A DNA stretch of 64,000 bases, taken from Betaproteobacteria bacterium. GTDB lineage: Bacteria > Pseudomonadota > Gammaproteobacteria > Burkholderiales > Rhodocyclaceae. This document shows positions 27,545-40,100 of this stretch, piece by piece. The notes under the pieces were generated by a model that ran no database searches, was not told the origin of the DNA, and worked only from the letters and a program-made list of their open reading frames with translations. The stretch lies in assembly GCA_016703785.1 (NCBI GenBank), contig JADJBM010000017.1, forward strand, positions 484-64,483. Reading direction: 5' to 3'. The translations under genes and the position numbers were made by a program. Every line of letters starts with the position of its first letter. Position 1 is the first letter of the stretch.

Positions 27545-30500
27545 ATGAACGTCTTTCAAACCCATGCTGACATCGTTTCGGACTACGCGACCTACATCCG
27601 AAGCTTCCTGAAGATCGACGATCCCGCGATTCGACTTACCGTCGAGGAAGCGCTCAATCAGGGGAAGCTCTGGCCGGAGCCGCTGCTCCAGTTCAATCCA
27701 TCATTCGAGATGTACGGCAGTCTGGAGAAGCTGGCGCAGGCCGGAGACATTCACTCCGATATTCGTGACATCTTCAAAGGTTACTCACTCTACAAGCATC
27801 AGGTCGAGGCCATCAGGCTCGGCACGTCCGGCAAGGACTTCATCGTTACTTCCGGAACGGGCTCCGGGAAGTCATTGACCTACATTGGATCGATCTTTCA
27901 TTACCTGCTGTCCAACCCGCATGCCAAGGGTGTCACTGCGATCGTCGTCTATCCGATGAACGCTCTGATCAACTCGCAGTTCGAGGAATTTACCCGCTAC
28001 AAGGACAACTACGAAGAGACTACGGGGAAGACTTTCCCGATCAGTTTCGGCCAATACACAGGGCAAGAGAAGGAAGACAAGCGCGCCGAGATGCGCGAGA
28101 ACCCGCCGCAGATACTGCTCACCAACTACATGATGCTGGAGTTGTTGCTGACGCGCCTTCGCGAGCGATCGATCCGCGACGGGATCTACGAGAACCTGAG
28201 TTTTCTGGTCTTCGACGAACTGCATACCTATCGCGGCCGACAGGGCGCTGATGTCGCCATGCTGATCCGGCGCATCCGGGCCCGCAGCATCAAGCCGGTA
28301 GTCTGCATTGGCACATCGGCGACCATGGTTTCGGTGGGTTCGCTTGCGGAGCAAAGCGCCGAGGTCGCCAAAGTCGCGACCAAGCTATTTGGCAAGCCCT
28401 TCTCGCCTGAACAAGTCATCAACGAGACACTCGCCCGCTCGCTCGACTACAAGGGATTATTGCCATCGTCAGATGCATTGGCCCAGGCGATTGATGCGGG
28501 CGTAAATCAGAACGCCGATGCCGACAGTCTGAAATTGCATCCAGTTGCGGTATGGCTTTGAAAACGCCGTAGCACTCGAAGAGCGAGAAGGGCGACTGGT
28601 GCGGGGAAAGCCACAGCGCCTGTCTGCGATTGTTGAATCACTTGCCCTCGCCTCCGGGAAAACGGCCGACGTTTGCCTGGCATTTCTGCAGCATCTATTG
28701 CAGTGGATCAGTGCCGTCAATCAACGAATACAGGAGGCAGGGCAACGCTATACGCAATTGCCATTCAAGCTTCATCAATTCATCTCGCAAACCGGGTCTG
28801 TCTATACAACACTCGATCAGGATGAAAAGCGTTTCATCACGCTTGAGCCTGGTATTTTCAAAGCCGACGAGGCAGACAAGAAGCCGATCTTTCCGAATGT
28901 GTTCAGTCGGGCCAGTGGCCACGCGTTCATTTCTGTTTCCAGGATAGAGAATCGCCTTGAGCCCCGTGAATTCAGGGAAAGCTCGGATGAGGATTCACAG
29001 GCGACGGATGGCTATCTGATCGTCGGGGAAGATATCTGGGATCCGCTGGAAGACAGCGAACTGCTACCGGAGGCATGGCTGCGCCAGACCAAAACCGGTC
29101 CCGTGCCCGACTCGAAGAAAAAGGCATCCTTTCCGATCAAGTTGTACTTCAACGAATTGGGTGAGTGCTCGGAATCAAAGCCGCTGAAATGGTGGGGTTG
29201 GTTCATGAAAGCCCCGCTGCTGTTCGATCCAACGGCCGGCATTTTTTACGACACCAAGACCAATGAGGGAACCAAGCTGACCAAGCTGGGCAGCGAAGGC
29301 CGCAGTACATCCACCACCATCACTGCCTTCTCCATGCTTAATCGGCTCAACGATGCCGGCTACCGGCAGGAGGACCAGAAGCTCCTCAGCTTCACCGACA
29401 ACCGGCAGGATGCCGCTTTGCAAGCCGGGCACTTCAATGACTTTGTCCAGGTGGTTCGCCTGCGCGCCGGCATCCGCAAGGCGCTCGAACTGGCGCCTAA
29501 CCAGACCTTGACCTATGCCACGCTCGGCGAAGCTATTTTCAAGGCGCTTGCCGTGCCATTCACGGAATTCGGCAACCGTAACGAAGAGCCCCAGTTCGCA
29601 TCGGTCCGTGATGACTACGAACGCTGCTTTCAGGACTACCTGCTGTACCGAGCTATCGCTGACCTGCGCAGGAGTTGGCGGATTGTTCTGCCCAATCTTG
29701 AGCAGTGCGGTCTGCTCACAGTCACTTATGCCGACCTTGACCGCCGTGCGGCAGATGCCGCCTGGAACAGCTTTCCTCTGATCGGCGACCTGAAGCTCGA
29801 TGAACGCAAGGAGTTCATCAGCACCATCCTCGATTTCTTCCGCCTCGAATATGCCATTCACAGCGAAAACTACCTGACGCTGTCCAAGATCAAGGAATAC
29901 GAAAAGCACTTCCGTGAACTGCTGCGGGCGCCCTGGACGCTGGACCGCAACGAAGAGCTTCGTGAGCCGTTTTTCATCCGTTACGATCCGCTCCACAAGT
30001 CGGCACGGTTTTCCTCCAAGAGCATGGGGCCGGCCAGCGCCCTGGGCAAATTCATCAAGCTCTATGTCCGCCAGAACGACATCGACATTGACCTCAAGGG
30101 GCCGAACTACCGCGTCTTCATCGAGCGGTTGATGACCATGCTGGAACAGGCCGACTTTCTCAAGTCGCAGATCGCCCGTAACGCAAAAAATGAAGAGGTG
30201 CCTGTCTATCGCCTGCGTCTGGAAAAGATAGTCTGGAAAGTCGGCGATGGCGAGACGGTGAAAGCGGACGTCATCAAGCAGCGGTCCTACAAGAATCAAG
30301 CGCCTCGGCCGAATCTTTTCTTCCGCAGCCTTTATTCCCGCGACTTTTCCAAGGTGAAGCGATTGCGTGGCGACGACCACACCGGGCAATTGAGTACGGA
30401 CGTCCGCATCGAACGGGAAGATCAGTTCCGCGAAGGGAAAATCAGCGCCTTGTTCTGCTCGCCGACGATGGAACTGGGTATCGACATTCGCAACCTGAGT

Positions 30501-32672
30501 GTCGTCCACATGCGCAATGCGCCGCCCAACCCGTCCAACTATGCGCAGCGCTCTGGGCGCGCTGGCCGCAGCGGCCAGGCGGCACTGGTATTCACCTATT
30601 GTTCGACGTATTCGCCTCACGATCGGCACTACTTCAAGGAGCAGGCGGCCCTGGTGGCGGGGGCGGTCATGGCGCCACGTCTTGACCTGTGTAACCGCGA
30701 GCTTCTCGCCTCGCACTTGAACGCGCTTGTGGCATCGCAAATCGGCATGCCGGGGCTCGACGACATGGGAGCGGGCAAGCCGTCCATCATGAGGCTGGTG
30801 ATCGACGATAACGACAAGATGCCCTTGTCCAAGGAAGTTCGTTCCGGTCTCGACATGTCGCCGGCGACGTTCGGCGACATCAAGGCGACCTTCAAGCGCG
30901 CCATACGAGACTTCGAGGGAGAGCTGGAAGCCAATGGGGCAACGTGGTATTCGGATCAGTGGATCGACCAGAATCTGTCGAAAGTCGCCGACAATCTTGA
31001 TCGCTCGCTGGATCGTTGGAGAAGGCTATACCGCTCGGCCCGAACCATACTCAGTCGTGCGACGCAGAAGATCGAAAGCGGAACGCTCAGTCTGGGCAGC
31101 GATGAATATCGTAAGCACAAGCGCAATCAGGATCAGGCGACACGCCAGCTCGATCTGCTGCGTAACGACCTGGCCGGCCGATTCAGCGAATTGTCCGAGT
31201 TTTATCCCTATCGCTATCTGGCCTCCGAAGGATTTCTCCCCGGATACAACTTCACCCGGCTCCCACTCCGGGTCTTCCTACCCACTGGGGACTCTTCCGG
31301 GGAGTTCGTCTCGCGACCGCGCTCGATTGCACTGCGGGAGTTCGGGCCGCTGAACATCATCTATCACAACGGCCGCAAATACCGCGTATGCCAGCTTGTG
31401 ATCCAGGATGCGGAATCGGCATTGACGGAAGCCAAGATCAGCAGCAAGACGGGCTACTTCATGGCAGGCGACGCTGCCAAGGACAGTACCTGTCCGTTCT
31501 CCGGCATCGATCTTTCCGACAACGCCTTCAAGGAACACCTCCATGACCTGATGGAGATGGCCGAATCCCGTGCCGAAGAGATTGATCGCATTTCCTGTGA
31601 GGAAGAGGAGCGCGTCTCGCGCGGCTACGAAATTCGCACCTATTTCTCCGTCGACGGCGGGCAGGTCGATCGCGTCCGCAAGGCCGTCGCCACGTCGACC
31701 GAAAACGCCCTGTTGAATCTGCGTTATGTTCCAGCGGCGCGTCTGATTCACGTCAATACCCAATGGCGTTCGCAGAAAACCGAAGGCTTCCCCATTGGCC
31801 TGATTTCCGGTGACTGGCGTGGCTCCATGCCGGATACCAGCGCCGAAGCCAATGCCAATCTCAAGGAAGAATTCCGCCTGGTCAAACTCTGGACTTCCAA
31901 TCTTGCGGACGCCCTGTATATCGAGCCGATCCAGCCGCTCGGCTTGAAACCCGACGGTGTCATCACCTTGCAGCATGCGCTCAAGCGCGCCATCGAACGT
32001 GTCTTCCAGGTCGAGCCAAACGAAATCGGCGTGGTCGCCATCGGCGATCCGGAGGCGCCCAACATCCTGCTGTATGAAGCCGCCGAAGGCAGCCTCGGCA
32101 TCCTGTCGCAATTCGTCGAAGACGTGAATGTCTTCCACAACGTCATCAATCAGGCCATCGCCCTGTGTCGCTTCGACGACGCCGATTACAAGGGCCCGGC
32201 GAGTTACGACGATCTGCTCAGCTACTACAACCAGCGCGACCACCGGATCATCGACCGCCATCTGATCAAGGATGCGCTGGAGAAGTTGCGCATCTGTTCC
32301 ATCGAGATTCAAACCAACACCGGTTTCGGCAGCTACGAAGAGCAATACCAGGCGCTGCTGCGCAATCTCGACCCCAATTCATCGACCGAACGCAAGTTCA
32401 TCAATCATCTCTACGAGAACGGATTGAGGCTCCCCGACGCCGCACAGAAGCGGGTCGATGGTCTCTATGTCCAGCCGGACTTCTACTACGAACCCCGCAT
32501 CTGGGTCTTCTGCGACGGTACTCCGCATGACGAACCGGCGATGAAGGAAAGCGATCACGCCAAGCGGCAAGCCATCATGGCGCGCGGTGACGAGGTCTGG
32601 GTTTATTACTACCAGGATGACCTCGCCGCTATCGTTGCGGCCCGGCCCGATATCTTCAGGAAGGTGCGATGA
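27545..32672 (+). CDS. Giant DEAD/DEAH-box helicase fused to a DUF1998-like domain and a C-terminal DUF559/Vsr-like endonuclease domain (DrmA+DrmB-like), ~1709 aa
   Basis: ORFs 27545..28561 and 28545..32672 join if one T of the T3 run 28557-28559 is dropped (VAVWLENAVALEE). Helicase motifs: TSGTGSGKSL (I), VFDELHTYRG (II), GTSATM (III), SPTMELGIDI (V), YAQRSGRAGR (VI). The DUF1998-like part reads YRYLASEGFLPGYNFTRLP...ISCEEEERVSRGYEIRTYF. The C-terminus LYVQPDFYYEPRIWVFCDGTPHDEPAMKESDHAKRQAIMARGDEVWVY fits the DUF559 PD-(D/E)XK pattern. Confidence 0.8.
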
Positions 32673-35572
32673 CCGCCTTTTCACAATCGTCCTTGCAGCC
32701 CGGCAAGCTCGTCAGCCTGCGTGGGCGCGACTGGATCGTGCTGCCCTCGGAAGATCGCGACCTCCTGGTCGTCAAGCCGCTCGGCGGATCGGACGATGAG
32801 ATTGCCGGCATCTATCTGCCACTCGCCATTGCGAGCGATCGGCCCGCCGATGCCCGGTTTGAAGCACCCGCTGCCGCCGACCTCGGCGATATCAGCTCCG
32901 CCCGCCTGCTTTACGATTCGGCCCGACTGGCTTTTCGCAATGGCGCGGGTCCATTCCGAGCCCTGGCCAAGCTTTCCTTCCGGCCGCGTTCCTACCAGAT
33001 GGTGCCGCTCATCATGGCCCTGCGTCAGGAGTCGGTGCGACTGTTGATCGCCGATGACGTGGGTGTCGGCAAGACGGTCGAAGCACTGCTGATCGTCAAG
33101 GAATTGCTGGAGCGGCGCAAGATCAAGCGCTTTGCCGTCGTCTGCCTGCCCCACCTCTGCGAGCAATGGCAGGCCGAGATTCGCGCCAAACTGGACATGG
33201 AAGCCGTCATCATCCGCTCCAACACCCAGGCGCGACTGGATCGCCAGATCCAGGGCGACACCAGCGTCTACGACTACTACCCATATCAGGTCATCAGCAT
33301 CGACTTCATCAAGTCCGATACCCGGCGCGACGTATTCGTCGAGCAATGTCCGGAACTGGTGATCGTCGATGAAACCCATACCTGTGCGCGTCCAACCGGT
33401 GCCTCCAACAGTCAGCAACAGCGCTATCACCTGATCAGCCGCATCGCCGTCAAGCCGGGCCAGCAGCTCATCATGCTCACGGCGACACCGCACAGCGGCA
33501 AACCGGAAGAATTTCAGTCCCTGCTGGGGTTGCTTCGCCCCGATTTCGAGTTTATCGACCTGCCCAATTCCAGTCAGGCCCAGCGCCGCGAATTGGCGCG
33601 CTACTTCATCCAGCGCAAGCGCGGCGATGTCGAAAAATGGTTGGGCGAAGACACGCCATTTCCCGAACGCGATGCCTTCGAGTGGCCCTACGAGCTTTCG
33701 CCGGCCTACTTGCAATTTTTCGAAGAGATCATCGACTTCGCCCGCCGCCTGATTGCGACGGATTCCGCGCAGGAACGGCGTCAGCGGGTCCAATACTGGA
33801 CGGCTCTCGCATTGTTGCGTGGTGTCATGTCCAGCCCGTCAGCCGGCGTAGAGATGCTCAATACCCGGCTAACGAACCTGGCAGCCGCTGTGGGTGATGA
33901 TGCAGAGGTTTCGGCCGCTGCCGACGTTGCTCAACTGGAGCTTGGCGACAACCCCGTTCGCGATACCGAATCCGGGTGCCGAGAGCGACAACACGCCCAC
34001 CCAGATCGTCGAACGCAACGGCTGGACCCAGCGCCAGCGCCAGGAACTGCGCGAGTTTGCCCGGCAGCTCGAACAGCTTGGCAACATCAAGCAAGACCTT
34101 AAGCTGGCTTCGGCCGAACTGATCATCGACGACTGGCTGACAAGCGGCTTCAACCCCGTTGTCTTCTGCCGCTACATCGCCACCGCCAAATACATCGGCG
34201 AGCAGCTCGCGCCGATACTCAAGAAGAAATTTCCCAAGCTCGATCTGGCCGTCATCACCAGTGAGTTGCCCGACGAATTGCGCAAGCAGCGCATCGAAGA
34301 AATGGGCAAGTCGCCGCTGCGAGTGCTGATCGCCACCGACTGCCTCTCCGAGGGTATCAACCTGCAAGAGCACTTCACCGGCGTCCTGCACTACGACCTG
34401 CCGTGGAATCCGAACCGGCTGGAGCAGCGAGAAGGCCGGGTCGACCGCTTCGGCCAGATGGCGCCCACCGTCAAAGCCTGCCTGCTGTACGGTGCCGACA
34501 ATCCCATCGATGGCGTCGTGCTCGATGTGCTCCTGCGCAAGGTGCGCGAGATCAAGCGCGCCACCGGCATCAACGTCCCGTTTCCCGAAGATTCGCAAAG
34601 CATCATCGACACCATCACGCAGGCACTGCTCCTCAACCCCAATCGTCACATCGAGAAGAAGCGCGTCAGCAAGAACCAGATCGAATTCGACTTCGGCCAG
34701 TTCGACGAAGCGGCCGCTGCCCGCGCCAACGTCACCCGCAAGATCGATGAAGCCGCCGAACGCGAAAAAGCCTCGCGCGGCATCTTTGCCCAGAATGCCA
34801 TCAAGGCGCAGGAAATCGAGGCCGATCTGCGCGAGATGGATGAAGCCATCGGCGATCCACTCGTTGTCGAAAACTTCGTTACTTCAGCGCTGAACAACCT
34901 GCTTGGTGTGCAGGTCGACAAGCATGCCAAGGGCTACCGCATCGTCCTCGGCAACCTGCCGCCGCAACTGCGTGAGCTGTTGCCAGACCTTGGCCATAGC
35001 CCCCAGGCGACGCAATCAAGGTCAGCTTTCATTCCCCGACGCCCGAGGGTTATCACTACCTGGGGCGCAATCATCGCTTCGTCGAACAGTTGTGTCAGCT
35101 TGTCATGGCCAATACGCTGTCTCGGGTGGACAAGCGCGCCGCCCGTGCCGCGGTCGTTCGCTCCCGGCAAGTCAGCATCAAGACCACGTTGCTGCTCTTC
35201 CGCTGCCGCAACGTCATCGAGCAGGCCAAGCTCAATCACCAGATCGTCGCCGAGGAAATGTTGCTCTGGGGCTGGCGCGGCACGCCGCAACAGAAGGAGT
35301 TTCTCGACCACGCCGAAGCCAAGGCGCTACTGACCGAGGCGCGTGCCTCCTCGGACATCTCGCCGCAGGCTCGCGCCAGCTTCCTGGAGAACGAACACAA
35401 GCTTCTCGACAATCTCGATGATGATTTCCGCGTGATCGCCGAACAGCAGTCGAAGCGCCTGGTCGAGGCCCACGAGCGCTTCAGCGCCCTCATGGACAAA
35501 CAGCGATTCCAGGTTGTCTATCCCGTGTTGCCGATGGATCTGCTCGGCATCTACATCCTGCTCCCCGAATAA
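32669..35572 (+). CDS. drmD: SNF2-family helicase (DrmD-like), two or more frameshifts
   Basis: ORFs 32669..34102, 33894..35333 and 35090..35572 join into one protein. Its ATG overlaps the upstream stop (ATGA). Motifs: [15 protein letters not shown] (I), LVIVDETH (II), MLTATPHSG (III), [15 protein letters not shown] (V), [20 protein letters not shown] (VI). The symbol is tentative and based on context. Confidence 0.75.
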
Positions 35573-35575
35573 GCC

Positions 35576-37142
35576 ATGTCACTGCCCATCAACATCAACG
35601 ACCTTCTGCACGGCAAGTCCGTCGAGTGGGAGCGCCTCGAATTCAAGGCAGGTTGGAATCCGCTCGATGTACTGCATTCGATTTGCGCCTTCGCCAATGA
35701 CATTTCCACAACCTTGGCGGCGGCTACATCCTGTCGGTGTCGCGGAGAAAGAGGGCCAGCCCGAGCTGCCGCCCGTCGGCCTCGATCCCGCCAGATTCGA
35801 TGCCATCCAGAAGGAAATCCTCAACCTTGGCTACAGCGGCATCCAGCCTGCCTACCACCCCATCGTCGCGCCCTGTGATCATGAGGGCGCGTCGATTCTG
35901 GTCATCTGGGTCCCGGGCGGGCCGACCCGGCCCTACAAGGCCAAGCTCAGGCTGGGCAAGGATTGCAAGGACTACGGCTACTTCATTCGCAAGCAGTCCA
36001 GCACCGTGCGCGCCAAGGGTGCCGAAGAGCTTGAGCTGCTCTCATTGGCGGCCACAGTCCCGTTCGATGATCGCGTCAATCAATCGGCCCATGTCGAAGA
36101 CCTGTCGCGCGAACTGATGCAGGACTATCTGCACAGGTGGGCAGCGATCTGGCCGGGCAGCCGACCAAACTCTTCCATTGCTAGAACTTGGCCGCCAGAT
36201 GGGCGTCATCGGCGGCCCGAAGGAAGCGCCTTTCCCGCTCAATGTCGGCCTGCTGATGTTCAAACAGGATCCTGCGCTTCTTCCCCGCCACGCAGATCGA
36301 CGTCGTCTGGTTTCCCGAAGGAAGGCGGCGGGCGGCATACAGTTCTTCGAAAAGATCTTTCAAAGGCCCGATTCCATCGCATGATCCGCGATGCGCTGGA
36401 TTACATCAAGCGCAACTACATCACCGAGATCGTCATCAAGCACTCCGGCAAGGCCGAAGCCACCCGGGTCAAGAACTTCCCCTTTGATGCGATTGAAGAA
36501 GCACTGGTTAATGCGGTCTATCACCGCAGCTACGAGGTGCGCGAACCAGTCGAGGTACGCGTTTATACCAATGAACTGGTGGTGCTCAGTTATCCCGGCC
36601 CGGATCGTTCAGTGCAACTTGATCAATTGCGGCGGGGGCGCGCCATGGCCCGGCGCTACCGCAACCGCCGCATCGGTGAGTTCCTGAAGGAACTGGAATT
36701 CACCGAAGGCCGCTCCACCGGCATTCCGAAGATTCTGCGTGCGATGGCCGCGAATGGTTCACCGCCGCCCCGACTTCGAGACCGACGAAGACCACAGCTA
36801 TTTCCAGGTACGCCTGCCGGCGCACCCTATGGCGCAAACAGCCATCGCAAAAGTCAGCGCTGGCGAGACGGCGGCAGGGCCAGGCCGGGACCAAGTCGGG
36901 ACCTAAGTCGGGACCAGGTCATGAACTGCGTAAGTGCCTGGACCGAAAGCCCGATTCAGGACCTCATGGCAGTCGCGCGAACCAACCGAACCAAGTTCCG
37001 GGACCAGGTACTCAAGCCGCTGCTGGCTGACGGCCTGCTTGCCATGACCATCCCGGACAAGCCCACCAGCCGTAACCAGCGCTACATCATCACTGACCAA
37101 GGCCGTGCCCTGCTGACCACACTGCCGGAAGACCAGCCGTGA
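35576..37142 (+). CDS. AlbA_2/Schlafen-type DNA-binding domain plus HATPase_c_4-like ATP-binding regulator (4 or more frameshifts)
   Basis: N-terminus [37 protein letters not shown]. The middle region in other frames reads [66 protein letters not shown] and [16 protein letters not shown]. The C-terminus reads [44 protein letters not shown]. Confidence 0.65.
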
Positions 37143-40100
37143 TTTACCCCAGCATCCGCATCGAAGGCGCCATCCTGTCGCCCGACATCCTCGACCACCT
37201 CGACGATGCCGCCGGCCAGCGCCCCGCCGATTTCAGCCTCGATACCGGCACCAAGGTAAAGGACGAAATCGCCCGCGCCTGGGCCGACGCGCAAGACTAC
37301 TGGCGCATCTTCCAGCGCAAGCTGGAAAGCCTGAAGCCCGATTCCCCGGCCACCACCGAAGCCCGCCAGCAATGGGTCACGCCGCTGCTGGGCCTGCTCG
37401 GCTACCAGCTCGACTACCAGGCCAAGGGGGTCGAACTCAATGGCAAGACCTACGCCATTTCCCACCGTCTCGCGCATCGCGGCAACACCCCCATCCACAT
37501 CATCGGCGCCCGCGAAGCCGCCGGGCTGGACCGTAAACCGGAGCGCACCCACATCGGCGCGCCGCGCATGTCCGCCCACGCCCTGGTGCAGGAATACCTC
37601 AATCTGCACGACGAACTCTATGGCATCGTCACCAACGGCCGCATCCTGCGCCTGCTGCGCGACAGCTCCCGCCTGATCAAGCTCAGCTACCTCGAATTCG
37701 ACCTCGACCGCATCTTCGGCGATGGCCTGTTTGCCGACTTCGCCATCCTCTATCGCCTGCTGCACGTCTCGCGTCTGCCGGCCAGTAGTGAAGCCGCAGC
37801 GGAAAGCCTGATCGAGCGCTACCACCAGGATTCGCTGGATTCCGGCGCTCGTATTCGCGATGGCCTGTCCAAGGCCGTCGAGCAAGCCATCCGCGATTTC
37901 GCCAACGGGTTTCTTACCCATCGCGACAACGATGCGCTGCGCCAGTCCATCCGCGAAGGCAATTTGTCACCGGAAAGCTACTACCAGCACCTGCTGCGCC
38001 TGATCTACCGGCTGCTCTTCCTGCTCGTCATCGAAGAACGCGATCTGGTTTTCCCTCCCTCGGCCAGCAACCCGCAGCGCGATATCTACCGGCGCTATTA
38101 CAGCCTGGAACGCCTGCGCCTGCTGTCCGAAAAACGCCACCTCGCCGACAAACGTCATCACGATCTCTGGCTGGCGATGCTCGCCACCTTTCGCCTGTTC
38201 GAAGCCCACGGCCCCGGCCACAAGCTCGGCTTGGCCCCGCTGGCCGGCGACCTGTTCAGTCCGGCAGCCATCGGCCCGCTGGCCGGCGCCATGCTGGGCA
38301 ACGACGTTCTGCTCGGTTGCCTGCGCGCCCTCGGTCTCTACCAACACCCCGAAAATGGCCAGACCATCCGCGTCAACTACGCCGCCCTCAACGTCGAGGA
38401 ATTCGGCTCGGTCTATGAAGGCTTGCTCGAATACAAGGGTTCGTTTGAGCTCATCCCCGTCCTTCAACACGGCCGGGGGACGATGACTTCGCCCAAGGCG
38501 ACCAGGGCCGCCACCGGCTCGCACACCGATCGTCCAGCCGCTCATCAAGCACTCGCTCGACTACCTGATCGCCGACGCACTCAAGAAACCCGACCCAGAA
38601 AGGCCCTGCTCGAACTGCGCGTCGCCGACATCGCCTGCGGTTCCGGCCACATCCTGCTGGCCGCCGCCCGCCGCATCGCCACCGAACTCGCCATCGTCCG
38701 CACCGGCGAGGAACAGCCCTCACCATCGGCCTTCCGCAGCGCCATCCGCGACGTGATCCGCAACTGCATCTACGGCGTGGACCTGAATCCGCTCGCCGTG
38801 GAGCTCTGCAAGGTCGCCCTCTGGCTGGAAGCCCACACCCCCGGCGAGCCGCTCAACTTCCTCGACCACCACATCAAGTGCGGCAACGCCATCGTCGGTT
38901 TCGCCCGGCGCGAGGAAGCCGAGCGCGGCGTGCCCGATGAAGCCTTCAAGACGCTGCCGGATGATGACAAGGAAACCGCAGCTCTCCTGCGCAAGCGCAA
39001 CAAACAGGAGCGCAAGGACCACGAAACCGGCCAGTTGCCCTCTTGCCCCTGCCTTGCAGAAGCAACTCGATGACATCTTGCGCGGCTGGCACGAACTGGC
39101 TACCTTGCCGGAGCGCACCCCCGACCAGATCGACGCCAAGAAGGCCCGCTACATCGCTTTCAGCCAGAGCGCCGATGCCTGGCTGCTGGGCCAGATTGCT
39201 GGGATTCCCATCGCCCAGTTCTACCTGCCCAAGACAGCGGACAACCTGCATAAGTTTGTCACCGACGCCGCCTTCCGGCGCTACTGGAAGGGAGAGATCA
39301 GCCCGCAAGGGCAGGCCACCGCGGAAGCCTGGGCACTGGCCGAGCGCAAGCATTTCTTCCACTGGTTTCTGGAGTTCCCCGAGATTATCGAGCGCGGCGG
39401 GTTTGATTGCATTCTTGGCAATCCGCCCTACCTCGGCGGGCAGGGGCTGAGCGGAACCTACGGCTCAGCCTTCTGCGAATATGTAAAGTGGGAATACGCG
39501 CCAACAGGACTAAGCGAACTGGTCGTCTATTTCGTCCGCCGCATCTTTACCTTGCTGCGCCCCGGCGGCTTCACCGCCTTCATTACGACCAATTCCATCA
39601 AGGATGGCGACATCCGCAAGGACGGGCTGGAACAGGTGCTGGCGCAGGGTGGCGCGATCAACATGGCCGTGCGCGGCATCAAGTGGCCAGGACGGGCCAA
39701 TCTTGTTGTTTCGCTGGTGGCACTACACCGTGGCGAATGGCACGGCACGAGGCTGCTTGACGGCAAGAAGGTGCCGGTCATCAGCGCCTACTTTGAGGAC
39801 GGCGAGGATGCGGGGGAACCGAAGGTGCTACCAGATAATGCCGATAGCGTTTTCCAGGGCTGCATTTTTCTCGGCGACGGTTTTTTGCTGTCGCATGACG
39901 AGGCCGAAGGGATGAGACTGCGCGACCCCCGCGTTTCCGAAGTCATCTTTCCTGTTACCAACGGTCAGGAGATCAATAACTCGCCCGACCAGTATCCCGG
40001 ACGGCAGATCATCAATTTCCTGGACTGGCCAAGATGAGGCAGCTGGTTACGGTGAGGCGTTTGAGCGCATTGACCGTCTTGTGCGTCCTCAGCGTGCTAC

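Noticed and set aside
36888-36920. The tandem 11-12 nt repeat gggaccaagtc / gggacctaagtc / gggaccaggtc as a regulatory or slippage element.
   Set aside because: It lies inside the C-terminal linker of the AlbA_2-type ATPase and encodes the repetitive G-T-K-S-G-P/S-R-D-Q-V type peptide that, as I recall without being able to check, is common in this protein family. It is most likely just coding low complexity, although it may contribute to local indel errors.
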